Shown: positions 19,707-30,408 of the stretch, in pieces
Layout: each line of letters begins with the position of its first letter
Numbering within the stretch: the first letter of the stretch is position 1
NCBI GenBank assembly: GCA_963826115.1
Contig: CAWGVS010000012.1
Span: forward strand, 192,001 to 256,000
Source of the DNA: an uncultured Candidatus Rokubacteria bacterium
Lineage (GTDB): Bacteria; Methylomirabilota; Methylomirabilia; Rokubacteriales; DASRDR01
Reading direction: 5' to 3'
Length of the DNA stretch: 64,000 nt
Program-made: the position numbers and the translations under genes
Notes under the pieces: model-generated
Database searches by the model: none
What the model was told of the DNA's origin: nothing
Seen by the model: only the letters and a program-made list of their open reading frames with translations

Positions 19707-20963
19707 ATGAAGACACTGGCGATCCTGGTCGGCGGCGGCCCCGCTCCGGGGATCAACGCCGTCATCGCGGCCGCGGCGATCGAGGCGCGGAACCAGGGCC
19801 TGCGCGTGCTCGGGCTCCTCGACGGCTACAAGTGGCTCATGCAGGGGGACCTCTCGCACGTCCACGAGCTGGACATCGACGAGGTCTCCCGGATCCACTT
19901 CGAGGGCGGCTCGATTCTCCGGACGTCCCGCGCCAACCCGACCAAGTCGGAGGAGTCGCTCCGCCAGGTCGCGGAGAGCCTGCGCCGGCTCGCGGTCGAC
20001 TACCTGGTGACGATCGGCGGCAACGACACCGCCTTCGCCAGCGCGCGGATCGCGGAAACGCTCGCCGGCCGGCTGGCCGTCGCGCACGTCCCCAAGACGA
20101 TCGACAACGACCTGCCGCTGCCCGAGGACGTCCCGACGTTCGGCTTCACGACGGCGGTCAATCTCGGCAAGGACCTCGTGCGGAACCTCATGCAGGACGC
20201 GGCGACCACGCAGAAGTGGTTCTTCGTCACCGTGATGGGCCGGCACGCCGGCCACCTCACGCTCGGGATCGGCGGCGCGGCCGGCGCGACGCTGATGCTG
20301 GTCGGCGAGGAGTTCGCGGGCGAGCGCGTGCCGATCGGGCACGTGGCGGACATCCTCGAGGGCGCCATCATCAAGCGGCGCGCCCACGGCCGGGAGCACG
20401 GGGTCGCGCTCCTGGCGGAGGGCATTCTCGAGAAGCTCGACCCCGACACCATGGGCCCGGTGTCGTACGACACCTACGGGAACGTGCGGCTCTCCGACCT
20501 CGAGCTGGCCCGGCGGCTCAGGGACCAGGTGTCGGAGGGACTGGCGGCCCGCGGGATCCAGATCAACATCGCCGCCAAGGACCTGGGCTACGAGCTCCGC
20601 TGCGCGCCGCCCGGCGGCTTCGACATCCAGTACGCGCGGAGCCTCGGCTATTCCGCCGCCCGCTTCCTGCTCGACGGCGGCACCGAGGCGATGGTGACCA
20701 TCCAGGGCGGGCGCCTGCTTCCGATCCCGTTCCGCGACCTGCTCGACTCGCGCACGGGCCGCGTGCGGCTCCGCTACGCCGACGTCTCGTCCGAGGCCTA
20801 CCGGACGCTCTACGCCTACATGATCCGGCTCAAGCGCGAGGACTTCGAGCGCCCGGAGCAGCTCGCCGCCCTCGTCAAGGCGAGCAGGCTCAGCGAGGCG
20901 GACTTCGTCGCCCGCTTCGGGTATCTGGTCGGCGTCGCCCCGGCCCGCTCGGCGTCGGCCTGA
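19707..20963 (+). CDS. pfp: Pyrophosphate-dependent phosphofructokinase
   Basis: GGGPAPGIN, GGND (Asp at the PPi-specificity position), PKTIDND, MGR and LGYELRC. Confidence 0.9.
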   Translation: MKTLAILVGGGPAPGINAVIAAAAIEARNQGLRVLGLLDGYKWLMQGDLSHVHELDIDEVSRIHFEGGSILRTSRANPTKSEESLRQVAESLRRLAVDYLVTIGGNDTAFASARIAETLAGRLAVAHVPKTIDNDLPLPEDVPTFGFTTAVNLGKDLVRNLMQDAATTQKWFFVTVMGRHAGHLTLGIGGAAGATLMLVGEEFAGERVPIGHVADILEGAIIKRRAHGREHGVALLAEGILEKLDPDTMGPVSYDTYGNVRLSDLELARRLRDQVSEGLAARGIQINIAAKDLGYELRCAPPGGFDIQYARSLGYSAARFLLDGGTEAMVTIQGGRLLPIPFRDLLDSRTGRVRLRYADVSSEAYRTLYAYMIRLKREDFERPEQLAALVKASRLSEADFVARFGYLVGVAPARSASA

Positions 20964-20980
20964 GGGGACCCCCCGCCCTC

Positions 20981-21580
20981 CTAGCTCGCGCCCTCGGGCG
21001 TCTCGGCGGGGGTCAGATTCCAGCGCTGGATGACCCGGGTCTCGCGCTCCCAGCCGAGCACGCTGATGGACGCCGTCGACAGCGCGAGCAGGCGGCCGTC
21101 GTCCGGCGGGCGGCCGATCCAGGAGGCGCCGAGGATCCGGAGTAGGTGGCCGTGGCTGAAGAGCGCCACGTCGCCGTCGGCCGGCAGGGCCTGCTCGATC
21201 ACGCGCCGGGCCCGAGCGCCGACCGCCTCGATCGACTCGCCTTCCGGGACCGGGCTGGTCCAGATCGACCAGCCGGGCTCCGTCACGCGGATGTCGGCGG
21301 TCGTGCGCCCCTCGTAGATCCCGTAGTCCCACTCGCGAAGGTCCGCGCTCACCTGCGCGACGCTCTCGTAGCCCGCCAGCCGGCAGGTCTCGCGGGCGCG
21401 CGCCAGCGGGCTCGTGAGGACGAGCGCGAACCGCCGTCCGCCCAGGTGGCGACCGAGCGCCTCCGCCTGCCGGAGGCCCTCCGGGGCGAGTGGAATATCG
21501 GTGCGGCCGGTATGCTGCCCGCTCCGAGACCACTCCGTCTCGCCGTGCCGGATCAGCCAGATCTCGCGTCGAGCCGCCAT
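20981..21580 (-). CDS. Histidine phosphatase (phosphoglycerate mutase family)
   Basis: RHGETEWS..GQHTGRTD, SPL.RA.ET, LREWDYG.YEG and FSHGH motifs. Confidence 0.9.
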   Translation of the reverse strand: MAARREIWLIRHGETEWSRSGQHTGRTDIPLAPEGLRQAEALGRHLGGRRFALVLTSPLARARETCRLAGYESVAQVSADLREWDYGIYEGRTTADIRVTEPGWSIWTSPVPEGESIEAVGARARRVIEQALPADGDVALFSHGHLLRILGASWIGRPPDDGRLLALSTASISVLGWERETRVIQRWNLTPAETPEGAS

Positions 21581-21864
21581 GGATCGGGAGTATAGCGCCG
21601 GTCGACGCCGGGCCGCGTCCGGCGGCGCTTCCCCGGAGGCACTCCGGGGCTTGCGCGGCGATTGCGTATCGCGCGCGGGCCGCTAGGTGTAATGGTGGGT
21701 CTCGTGATCGAGTCAAGCCATTCTGGGCCACCTCCAACGGGCGAGACCGTACGTCTCAGGATTCGCTTCTGAGCACGGCGACTATCCCCCTCCATGTCTC
21801 GCGGCTTTGCGCCGACCTTGCCCGAACCATCGGCCGCCACCAGTCGGTGACGCGGCCCCTACGG

Positions 21865-22818
21865 CTATCGCTTCTTGCGAAACTGCCCAAGGCCCTGCTC
21901 GACCCGGGCCCACGCGATGCCGTCCACGGCAAGGGCGCGTGCGGTGGTGAAGTCCTCCTCGGCACCCGCGAAGTCGCCCGCAGCCTCGCGCACCATGGCG
22001 CGGCCATAGACCTGCCAGGGCGACTTCGGATCCAAACGGATCGCCTCGTCGTAGTCGGTGCGCGCCAGCACGAGGTTTCCCAGGATGAAATGCACCAACC
22101 CGCGAGAATCATGAAACGCTGACACATGGGGCCGCAGCGCCAGTGCTTTCTCGCAGTCCGACAGCGCCTCGCTTGCCCGACGCATCAGTGCCTTGTCCCA
22201 GCAAAGCCGGTTGAAGGCTTCAGCATAGTCCGGGTCGAGTTGCGTCGCTCGGGTGAGATCGTCGATCGCCCGGTCATACTGCCGTAGCTTCTCGTGGGTG
22301 ATCGCTCGGTTGTTGAGAGCTGCGGCGTTGTGTGCGTCCAGCTGGATCGCCCGGTCGTAGTCCTGCATGGCCCGGTCGTATTGTTGCTTGAGGTCGTAGG
22401 CGATTCCTCGCCTGCTATAGGCCGAGGCATAGTTCGGGTTGAGCCGAATTGCCTGGTTGAGGTCCTCTATCCCCCGATCGTACTGCTGGAGGCGCACATA
22501 CGCCCCACCACGGTTGTGGAAGAGAACGGCATTGTTCGGGCTCAACCGGATCGCTCGGCCATAGTCTTCGATCGCCGGCTCATACTGCTGCCTAGCTGAA
22601 TATGCGTTGCCTCGGCCCATCAGCACCCGCGCAGTATCAGTTTCGTTGAGACGGCCGCGCGCCAGAGCACGTGTGCAGGATTCGATCCAGACATCGGCGT
22701 TCTTGTGGTCTCTCAAACATCGAGAACTGTCGGTTTCGACATACAGGAGCCATGCCATCACGGCCGCGATGAGGAACACGGCTCCGGCAAGGAAACCGAG
22801 ACGTCTCTTGGCAGTCAT
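21865..22818 (-). CDS. TPR-repeat protein with N-terminal membrane anchor
   Basis: Repeated AIxDYxRAIxLxP units and an N-terminal hydrophobic helix; more AT-rich than its neighbours. Confidence 0.9.
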   Translation of the reverse strand: MTAKRRLGFLAGAVFLIAAVMAWLLYVETDSSRCLRDHKNADVWIESCTRALARGRLNETDTARVLMGRGNAYSARQQYEPAIEDYGRAIRLSPNNAVLFHNRGGAYVRLQQYDRGIEDLNQAIRLNPNYASAYSRRGIAYDLKQQYDRAMQDYDRAIQLDAHNAAALNNRAITHEKLRQYDRAIDDLTRATQLDPDYAEAFNRLCWDKALMRRASEALSDCEKALALRPHVSAFHDSRGLVHFILGNLVLARTDYDEAIRLDPKSPWQVYGRAMVREAAGDFAGAEEDFTTARALAVDGIAWARVEQGLGQFRKKR

Positions 22819-23227
22819 CGTGCGTTCTCCTGGAACCTCTTCCTCCGCTGGCCATCAGGAACCCTGCACGAGATGTCGAAGACGAAGCAGTATTACTACT
22901 CAGTCCAGAGATGGCCGAGATCATACGGGGTGCCCAGACGGGGCAGCAACACCGCTGTCGCAGGAGTGGCAACCCACTTGGGACAGATCCGTCAGCTCGC
23001 CGCGCCGCAGGCTGCACGGCTCACCGAGCAGCGGACCCGCTCGGACCCAACCCGTCGGCGGGGGTGTCGCCGTCGCGCCCTGACCCCTGGTCTCCCGAGG
23101 GCGCTCGCTCTGTTGGACGCGCTGCGGGGATCGGGCCAGCCCGCGCTCCCCCGCCCGCTCAGCGCGGCGTCGCGCTCGTCACGGTCGCGGCGGGCGCGAG
23201 GTCCGGGCCCGGGCGGTCAGGCGGGCG

Positions 23228-23947
23228 TCAGTTTCGCCGACCGCCCGTGAAGCGGAGCAGGAAGAGGAAGAGGTTGATGAAGTTCAGGTAGAGCGACAAC
23301 GCCCCCGCGATCGCCACCGAGCTGGCCTGCCCGGCAGGAACGGCGAGCGCCATCTGGCGCAGCCGCTGGGCATCCCACGCCGTCAGACCCGTGAACACCA
23401 GCACGCCGACGACCGAGATCAGGAACTGGAGCGCATCGTTCTGCCAGAACATCCCGACCACGGAGGCCAGGATCAGGCCGACGAGCCCCATGAAGAAGAA
23501 CTGCCCGACCCCGGCCAGGCTGCGCGACGTCATCGTCCCGTAGGCGGCCAGCGCGGCGAACATCGTCGCCGTGACGACGAACGTGGCGGCCACGGACTCC
23601 CCCGTGTACGCCAGCAGCACGACGGACAGCGTCACGCCGGTGAGCGCGGAGTACGCGGCAAAGAGGAGCGCCGCCGTGCCGGCCGCCAGGGTGGCCGCCC
23701 GCCCGGAGAGGTAGAACACCAGCCCCAGCTGGGCGGCGATCAGGCCGAAGAACACGATCCGGTTGCCCAGGACCACCTGGCGCAGCGCGGGGGAGCTCGC
23801 GACCGTGAATGCGACCATCGCCGTGATGGCGAGTCCGATCGCCATCCAGCCATAGACCCGTTGCAGGAACGCCGACACGCGCTCCGCGGCGTTCGCGGCG
23901 GTCATCGGCACCGAGGCGCCGGTCCTGATCTCATAAGGTTCCATCAA
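23228..23947 (-). CDS. Bax inhibitor-1/YccA family membrane protein
   Basis: FLQRVYGWM, FTGLTAWDAQRL and ALSLYLNFINLFL; about 7 TM helices. Confidence 0.9.
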   Translation of the reverse strand: MMEPYEIRTGASVPMTAANAAERVSAFLQRVYGWMAIGLAITAMVAFTVASSPALRQVVLGNRIVFFGLIAAQLGLVFYLSGRAATLAAGTAALLFAAYSALTGVTLSVVLLAYTGESVAATFVVTATMFAALAAYGTMTSRSLAGVGQFFFMGLVGLILASVVGMFWQNDALQFLISVVGVLVFTGLTAWDAQRLRQMALAVPAGQASSVAIAGALSLYLNFINLFLFLLRFTGGRRN

Positions 23948-24036
23948 CGTCCTCCTCTCGATTCAGTCTGACGTCCCCAGAGGATACGCTGGCGGCGCCT
24001 CCCTCGACAGCCCCCCGGGCGAGCCAGCCGCCGGAC

Positions 24037-25005
24037 TCATCCGTCGCGCCAGGCGCTGGCCTGCTCGAGCGCCTGGACCGCGCTCGCGTCCAGCGTCAGC
24101 TCGATGCCGCCGACCAGCTCCTTGAGCTGGGCCACCGAGGTCGCGCTGGCGATCGGCGCCGTGATGCCGGGACGGTGGGCGAGCCAGGACAGCGCGGCCT
24201 GGGCCGGCGTCGCCCCGGCCTCCGCGGCGACCTTCTCGACGGCGGCCAGGATGCCGAAGCCACGGTCGGTCATGTACGTCTTCTGGACGCCGGGCGCGCG
24301 CGCCGTCTGCGGCAGCGCCTCGCCGCGGCGATACTTGCCGGAGAGGAAGCCGCTGGCGAGCGACGAGTACGGAATGACCCCCACGCCCTGCTCGAGGCAG
24401 AGCGGCTCCAGCTCCCGCTCGTACTCGTCTCGGAACACGAGGTTGTACTTGGGCTGAAGGCACTCGTAGCGCGCGTAGCCGAGGCGCGAGCTCTCCCAGA
24501 GCGCGCGGGTCAGCCGCCACGCCACGTAGTTGGAGGCGCCGACGTAGCGCACCTTGCCCTGGCGCACGAGGTCGTCGAACGCCCGCAGCGTCTCCTCGAG
24601 CGGCGTCTCGCGGTCGTCCGAATGCGCCTGGTAGAGGTCGATGTAGTCCGTCTGGAGCCGGCGCAGCGAGGCCTCCACCGCCTGCACGATGTGCAGGCGC
24701 GACAGGCCCTTGTCGTTCGGACCCGGCCCCATCGGCGCGCACACCTTGGTGGCCAGGATCACCGCGGTGCGATTCCGCCGCGCCGCCATCCAGGTCCCCA
24801 GCGCCGTCTCCGACTCGCCGCCCTGGTTGCCGGGCGCCCACCGGGCATAGACGTCCGCGGTGTCGATGAAGTTGCCGCCGGCCTCGACGTACGCGTCCAG
24901 CACCGACTCCGACGCCTTCTGGTCCGTCGTCCAGCCGAACGTGTTGCCGCCGAGACACAGCGCGGCGACCTTCATCCCGGTACGACCGAGCGCCCGCATC
25001 AGCAT
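24037..25005 (-). CDS. Aldo/keto reductase
   Basis: LGRTG, FIDTADVY, LATK, SLRRLQTDYIDLYQAH, GKVRYVGASN and YSSLASGFLSGKY. Confidence 0.95.
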   Translation of the reverse strand: MLMRALGRTGMKVAALCLGGNTFGWTTDQKASESVLDAYVEAGGNFIDTADVYARWAPGNQGGESETALGTWMAARRNRTAVILATKVCAPMGPGPNDKGLSRLHIVQAVEASLRRLQTDYIDLYQAHSDDRETPLEETLRAFDDLVRQGKVRYVGASNYVAWRLTRALWESSRLGYARYECLQPKYNLVFRDEYERELEPLCLEQGVGVIPYSSLASGFLSGKYRRGEALPQTARAPGVQKTYMTDRGFGILAAVEKVAAEAGATPAQAALSWLAHRPGITAPIASATSVAQLKELVGGIELTLDASAVQALEQASAWRDG

Positions 25006-25071
25006 GCTTGTCGTCCTCCTCGGCCACTACTCTAGCGCGCCGGGCAGGGCGCCACGCGGCGGAGCGGCGAC

Positions 25072-25626
25072 TCAGCGCCGCCGGGCCGCGCGGAACTCCC
25101 CCTCCAGATTCCAGGTCTTGCCATCCACGTCGAGGGCCTCGCCGGTCCACCGGAACGAATCGCGCGTGATCTCGGTGAACATCCACCGCGTCGGGGTGCC
25201 GTTCGCGCGCGCGCCGATCTGGACGATGTCCTGGCCGATCCGTCGGCCGATCTGCTCCTCGTAGTGGCCGGCGGCCGGATTCTTCCAGGTGATGCGCCAG
25301 GCCTGGATCGTCGGGTCCCACATGCGGAACGTGGTGCCGTACATGTTCTGCGTCTTCTCCTCGCGTCCGGTACGGTCCGCGCGCCGCGGCATGATCCAGA
25401 CGTCCTGGATGGCCCGACCCTCGAGCACCCAGCCGAAGTGGACCTCGCCCGTGAGGCCTCGCCCCGCGACGTCGACGCCCCGGTACCGGACCACCTCCAG
25501 GTCCCAGCTCCCGACGAGCCACCCGTAGACGTCCATCGGCTCGGGGATCTCCGGCGAGCGGCCCGGCGCCGCGAGGGTTGTCAGGAAGCCCACCTGCTCG
25601 CTGGCTTGCACGGCAGTCGTCATCAT
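25072..25626 (-). CDS. Hypothetical protein (DUF1579-like beta-barrel)
   Basis: YGWLVGSWD...HFGWVLEGRAIQDVW...YGTT...WRITW...RWMFTEI; GGAGG RBS. Confidence 0.7.
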   Translation of the reverse strand: MMTTAVQASEQVGFLTTLAAPGRSPEIPEPMDVYGWLVGSWDLEVVRYRGVDVAGRGLTGEVHFGWVLEGRAIQDVWIMPRRADRTGREEKTQNMYGTTFRMWDPTIQAWRITWKNPAAGHYEEQIGRRIGQDIVQIGARANGTPTRWMFTEITRDSFRWTGEALDVDGKTWNLEGEFRAARRR

Positions 25627-25723
25627 TGACCCTCCCAGGGTGACCGTGAGACACAGCACCCACATCATCGATGACCCTGAGACCCCTCAGGAGGCCTCCC
25701 GTGAAACGCCTCCCTGTCCCCGG

Positions 25724-27311
25724 ATGGCTCGAGACCCGGCCGTGAGCGCCTACGCCGACCTTCTCCGGCTCTTCGCGGACTGGCGCCGCTTCCAGCCGCC
25801 GCCCCTGGTCGACGGCGTCCCGGACTACGGGCCGGCCGCGATGGCCGCCCAGCACCAGGAGCTCCGCGGGTACCAGGACCGGCTCGCCGCCATCGATCCC
25901 TCGCCGTGGCCGATCCCGCGGCAGGTCGACTACCACATCGTCCGCGCCGAGATGAACGGGCTCGACTTCGACCACCGGGTGCTCCGGCCGTGGGCCAACG
26001 ATCCGGCCTTCTACGTCACGATCTTCCCCTCCGAGAGCGACCAGCCGGCGCGGGAGGGCCACTACGCGCGCGGGAGCCTCGAGCTGTGGCAGCACGCGAT
26101 GCCGCCCGACGCGGCCGGCGCGGCCGCGATCGGGGCCGGGCTCCGCGCGATCCCGCCGCTCCTCGCCGAGGCGCGGCGGAACCTGGTCGGGACCGGCCGC
26201 GACCTGTGGATCCACGGCGCGCGGCGCGTCCGCGGCCAGATCGGCGATCTCGAGCGGCTCGACGCCCGGCTCGCGGGCGCCGGGCCCCCCGGGCTCCGGG
26301 CGGATCTCGACGCGGGCCCGCGCGGCGACCGAGGCCTTCGCCGGCTGGCTCGACGCGGAGACGCCGGCGCGGACCGGGCCCGGCGGCATCGGCATCGCGA
26401 ACTACGACTGGTACCTCCGGCACGTCCAGCTCCTGCCCTACACGTGGCGCGACGTGCGGGCGCTGATGGAGCGCGAGCTCGCGCGCGCCGGGTCCTCGCT
26501 CGCCTGGGAGGAGTCGCGCAACGCCGGGGAGCCGCCCGACGCGCCGATCTCGGACCCCGCCGAGTACGCGCTCCGCGCCCAGCAGGCCGTCACCGACTAC
26601 ATGGCGTTCCTCCGGGGCCACGACCTCCTGACGATCCACGACGACATGGACGCCGCGCTGCGCGCCCGCGTCGGCGCCTACACCCCGGCGCCCCGGGAGT
26701 TCTTCGTCGAGATCGACCACCACGACCCCATGGTCATGCGCACGCACGGGTACCACTGGTTCGACAAGGCGCAGATGGCGAACCGGCCGCATCCGAGCCC
26801 CGTCCGCCGCGGGCCCCTCCTCTACAACATCTTCGTGACGCGCACCGAGGGGCACGCGACGGGCTGGGAGGAGATGATGCTGCACGCCGGGATGTTCGAC
26901 GCGCGGCCCCGCTCGCGCGAGCTCGTCTGGGTCCTCCTCGCCCAGCGTGGCGCCCGCGCGATCGGCGACCTTCGCATGCACGCCCGGCAGGCGTCGCTCG
27001 AGGAGGCGGCCGCCTTCACGTCGGCACATACGCCGCGCGGCTGGCTGAGCCTCGCGGGCCGGCTCGTGCGCGCCGAGCAGCACCTCTACCTGCGGCAACC
27101 GGCGTACGGAACGAGCTACCTCACCGGCAAGATCCAGATCGAGCGGCTGCTGGCCGACCGGCGGCGGCAGCTGGGCAGCGCGTTCACCCTCAAGCGCTTC
27201 ATGGCCGAGTTCGACGCCGTGGGACAGATCCCGATCTCGCTGATCCGGTGGGAGCTGACCGGCGAGCTCGGCGACGACCTCAGCGAGGTCCTCTCGCCCT
27301 CGCCGCCCTGA
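25724..27311 (+). CDS. DUF885-like protein; +1 frameshift near 26315
   Basis: VDYHIVRAEMNGLDFDHRVLRPW..DP, then in the shifted frame EGHATGWEE and YLRQPAYGTSYLTGK. Confidence 0.75.
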
Positions 27312-27488
27312 CGGTCGGCGTCGCATCGGCCGCCGCGCGCGGCGCCGGCCGATCTCTTCCGAATAGACGATCCCCTCGCCTCACCCGGCGCGACGCGCCG
27401 GATCGCCCTCCGGTCTCATGACCTCCCAAGTAATTGATTCCCTCGCGGGCCGCTGGAACGATGCCCGTACGAGAGAGGAGGTCCACCA

Positions 27489-27713
27489 ATGAAGCGCTAC
27501 AGCACCGGGGACCCCTGGACGGATGCGAAGCTCCTGCACGCCGAGGAGCGGATGGCGGACGCGCGGGCCCACGCGGCCCGACGAGCGCTCCTCCGCAACG
27601 CGGAGTCGCCGCGGCGGCGCGGCGGCGTGCGACTCTGGCTCGGCTCACTCCTGGTGGCGGCGGGGCACCGGCTTCTCGGCGCGGCGGCGCGCTCCGCGGA
27701 GCGCGCCACGTGA
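27489..27713 (+). CDS. Small hypothetical protein (74 aa)
   Basis: Strong RBS GAGGAGG; stop overlaps the next GTG (GTGA). Confidence 0.65.
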   Translation: MKRYSTGDPWTDAKLLHAEERMADARAHAARRALLRNAESPRRRGGVRLWLGSLLVAAGHRLLGAAARSAERAT

Positions 27714-28162
27714 TCGCCGCGGCGCTCCTGGCCTTGACGGCAGCCTCGCCGATCCTCGCCGTGGCGGGGCTGCTCGCCGCTGGGGCCTGGCGGGACCGCC
27801 GCCGGCAGGAATCGGTCGCTCGCCAGATCCGGCTCATCGACGCCCTCGGCGCCGAGCTGGGCCTGATCGTGGCCCCGCTCGTCAGGAAGCCGATCGGGCA
27901 ACCGTGGCGGATCGACATCCTCGTGCCGGTCTGCCGGCCGGTCACGGTCGGCCGCATCGTGGCGATCGCCCACGCGGTCCTGACCGAGTCGGGCGCGCTC
28001 CGGTACGAGCTGGTCCTCCGTCCGGGATCCACGCACCCGGTCACCAGCTCGGACAGGACGCGACGCCCGGCAACGCTCCGTCCGGTCCGGCCTCCGGCGC
28101 GAGGCCGTCGAGGGGACCGCGGATCGCGGGGGCTCGCGCTCCCGGCGAGGTGCTGCGGCTAG
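27710..28162 (+). CDS. Hypothetical membrane protein
   Basis: N-terminal hydrophobic helix followed by WRDRRR..VARQIRLIDA; translationally coupled to the preceding ORF. Confidence 0.6.
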   Translation: MIAAALLALTAASPILAVAGLLAAGAWRDRRRQESVARQIRLIDALGAELGLIVAPLVRKPIGQPWRIDILVPVCRPVTVGRIVAIAHAVLTESGALRYELVLRPGSTHPVTSSDRTRRPATLRPVRPPARGRRGDRGSRGLALPARCCG

Positions 28163-28719
28163 GGCGTGGGCAGGCGGCCGATCGCCTTGTCGAGCAGCGG
28201 TTTGACCTTGTCCATGGCCACGCCCGAGGCGCCGTTGTGGCCAACGGAGATTCCCATGCCCTTCGCCTCGGCGAAGCAGCCCGTCGAGATCGGCAGGCCG
28301 GTCTTCGCCGAGGGCGGCGTCATGAGCGCGCACGTGCCGTTGGCGAAGTCGCGCCGCTGCTCGCTCCAGCCCTGGGACTTGAGGATCTGGAACGCCTGCC
28401 GGAACTGGCCCAGCGCGGCCTCTCGCTGCGCGCCCTGCGGGGCCCGGATGACGGCGACCGCGACGCTGGCCTGGCTGCCGGCGGGCCACGTGCACATGCC
28501 CATCGTCTCGCCCTTGGAGGGCCCGTCCGGAACGACCAGGTTGGTCTCCTGCGGCGGCCCCACCGTCCCCCCAACGACCGCGCCGACCTCGGCGACGGTC
28601 AGGAGCTCACAGGCGCGCGGGGTCTGGGCGCCGGCCCCGCGCGGCCCTGCCGCCATTCCCGCCAGCAGGAGCGCGGCGGCCAGCATCGTCGTCTTCACCC
28701 GTCTCACCTCGCGCCGCAT
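28159..28719 (-). CDS. Secreted Cys-containing hypothetical protein (DUF3558-like)
   Basis: Signal peptide ending AGAQ, then ACELLT.AEV..VVG and MCTW; alternative GTG start at 28698. Confidence 0.7.
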   Translation of the reverse strand: MRREVRRVKTTMLAAALLLAGMAAGPRGAGAQTPRACELLTVAEVGAVVGGTVGPPQETNLVVPDGPSKGETMGMCTWPAGSQASVAVAVIRAPQGAQREAALGQFRQAFQILKSQGWSEQRRDFANGTCALMTPPSAKTGLPISTGCFAEAKGMGISVGHNGASGVAMDKVKPLLDKAIGRLPTP

Positions 28720-28889
28720 CGCGGCCTCCGGATCAGGCGGCGATAGGATAGCCGACCGCTCCGGCGCCGACAAACGTCGCCGCAGAGCGGCTGGCTTCCT
28801 GGCGCCGTTGCCTGTAGTATCGGCGCGCGACCGGTCCTCCGCGCCTGCACATCCCTGGCCCCTGCGAGGGGGGCGAGAGGGAGAGTGTG

Positions 28890-30236
28890 ATGCCCCCCAG
28901 CGCTCGAGCCGCCGCGGCCCGCCCTGCCGACCGCACCCCTGCGGACGCCCGCATCGCCATCCGGCTCAAGCCCACCGCCGAGAAGGCCTCCGGGGATCCG
29001 GACGACGGGATCCGCCAGGCGCTCGCGCGCCCTTTGACGGCGCTCCGTGTCAGCGTGAGGATCGATCCGCTGCTGCACTCGGTGGAGCCCCGTCGCCTGG
29101 CGGCCATGATCCGGCAGGCCCGCGAGCTCGACTCCACCTACACGCCTCCGCGCCTGGCGGCGTGGCGCCAGATCGTCCTGCTCCCCGAGCCCGGGGCGCG
29201 CCTGGAGACGGAGCTCGTCGACGGGCTCGTCCGCTACCTACAGAAGCTGGACGCCGTCGACAGCGTGTACGCCATGCGCGCCGGGCCGCCTCCGACGACG
29301 ATACGCCCCGGCAACGATCCGCGCAGCGCCAAGCAAGGCTACCTGGACCCCGCCCCGGGCGGGATCGACGCGCGCTACGCCTGGGCCAAGGGCGGGACCG
29401 GCGCCGGCATCGGCTTCGTCGACCTGGAGCAGGGGTGGAAGCTCGACCACAAGGACCTCGTCGCCGCGAACATCACGCTCATCTCGGGTCTGAACAAGGA
29501 CTACCGTCCGCACGGCACGAGAGTGCTCGGGGTCGTGCGGATGGTCGACAATCGGAAGGGCGGCATCGGCATCGCCCCGAACTGCACGGGACGGGTGATC
29601 TCCCAGCATCGAAACGACGGCGGCGAGAACATCGCCGACGCCATCACCGACGCGGCGGCGCACATGCAGCAGGGCGACGTGCTGCTCCTCGAGGCGCAGG
29701 AGACCGATCCGGTCAAAGGCACTTACGCGTGGCCCGTCGAGGTCACCGACGGCGCCTACGAGTCCATCCGTCTCGCCACGGCGCTGGGCATCGCAGTGAT
29801 CGAGGCGGGCGGCAATGGCTCGTACAACCTGGATGACTACGCCAACGCCGCCGGCGAACGGATCTTCGACCGCAACGGCCCGGGCTTCCGGGATTCGCTG
29901 GCCGTCATGGTCGGCGCGGCCGACTCCGGTGTACACGCGCGGTGGCAAGGCTCCAACTATGGCTCGCGCATCGACTGCTACGGTTGGGGCGAGAACGTCG
30001 ACACCGCGACGACGAATGAGGCGGGGACCACCTCCTCATACGAGCCCAACTTCCTCGCCACGTCGGCCGCGTCGGCCATCGTCGCGGGCGCGGCCGTGAT
30101 CGTGCAGAGCCTCGCCAGCGCCGGGGCGGGCCTGCTCACGCCGAAGAAGCTCCGTGACGCCCTGGTGGCCGGAGGGACACCGTCGGCCCTGCCCGCGGCC
30201 GACCGAATCGGCGTCATGCCGAACCTCCGCCGTTAG
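28890..30236 (+). CDS. S8 (subtilisin-family) serine peptidase, copy 1
   Basis: Triad motifs FVDLEQGW (Asp), HGTRVLG (His), LATSAASAIVAG (Ser) and oxyanion EAGGNG. N-terminal pro-region; no signal peptide. Confidence 0.9.
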   Translation: MPPSARAAAARPADRTPADARIAIRLKPTAEKASGDPDDGIRQALARPLTALRVSVRIDPLLHSVEPRRLAAMIRQARELDSTYTPPRLAAWRQIVLLPEPGARLETELVDGLVRYLQKLDAVDSVYAMRAGPPPTTIRPGNDPRSAKQGYLDPAPGGIDARYAWAKGGTGAGIGFVDLEQGWKLDHKDLVAANITLISGLNKDYRPHGTRVLGVVRMVDNRKGGIGIAPNCTGRVISQHRNDGGENIADAITDAAAHMQQGDVLLLEAQETDPVKGTYAWPVEVTDGAYESIRLATALGIAVIEAGGNGSYNLDDYANAAGERIFDRNGPGFRDSLAVMVGAADSGVHARWQGSNYGSRIDCYGWGENVDTATTNEAGTTSSYEPNFLATSAASAIVAGAAVIVQSLASAGAGLLTPKKLRDALVAGGTPSALPAADRIGVMPNLRR

Positions 30237-30408
30237 CGCCGGCTGAGCGTCACCTGTGATGGTTCGACGGCGAAACGGTACGATCCGCGCGTCATTGCGG
30301 ATTGAGCTCCGCGTCCGCGAGACCTTGCCGCTCGTTTCTCCAGCCGCGCGTCGGCACCGACCGAAGGAGCGTGGAATGGCCTAGGGATCCTTCACCGGAG
30401 GAGGACGT

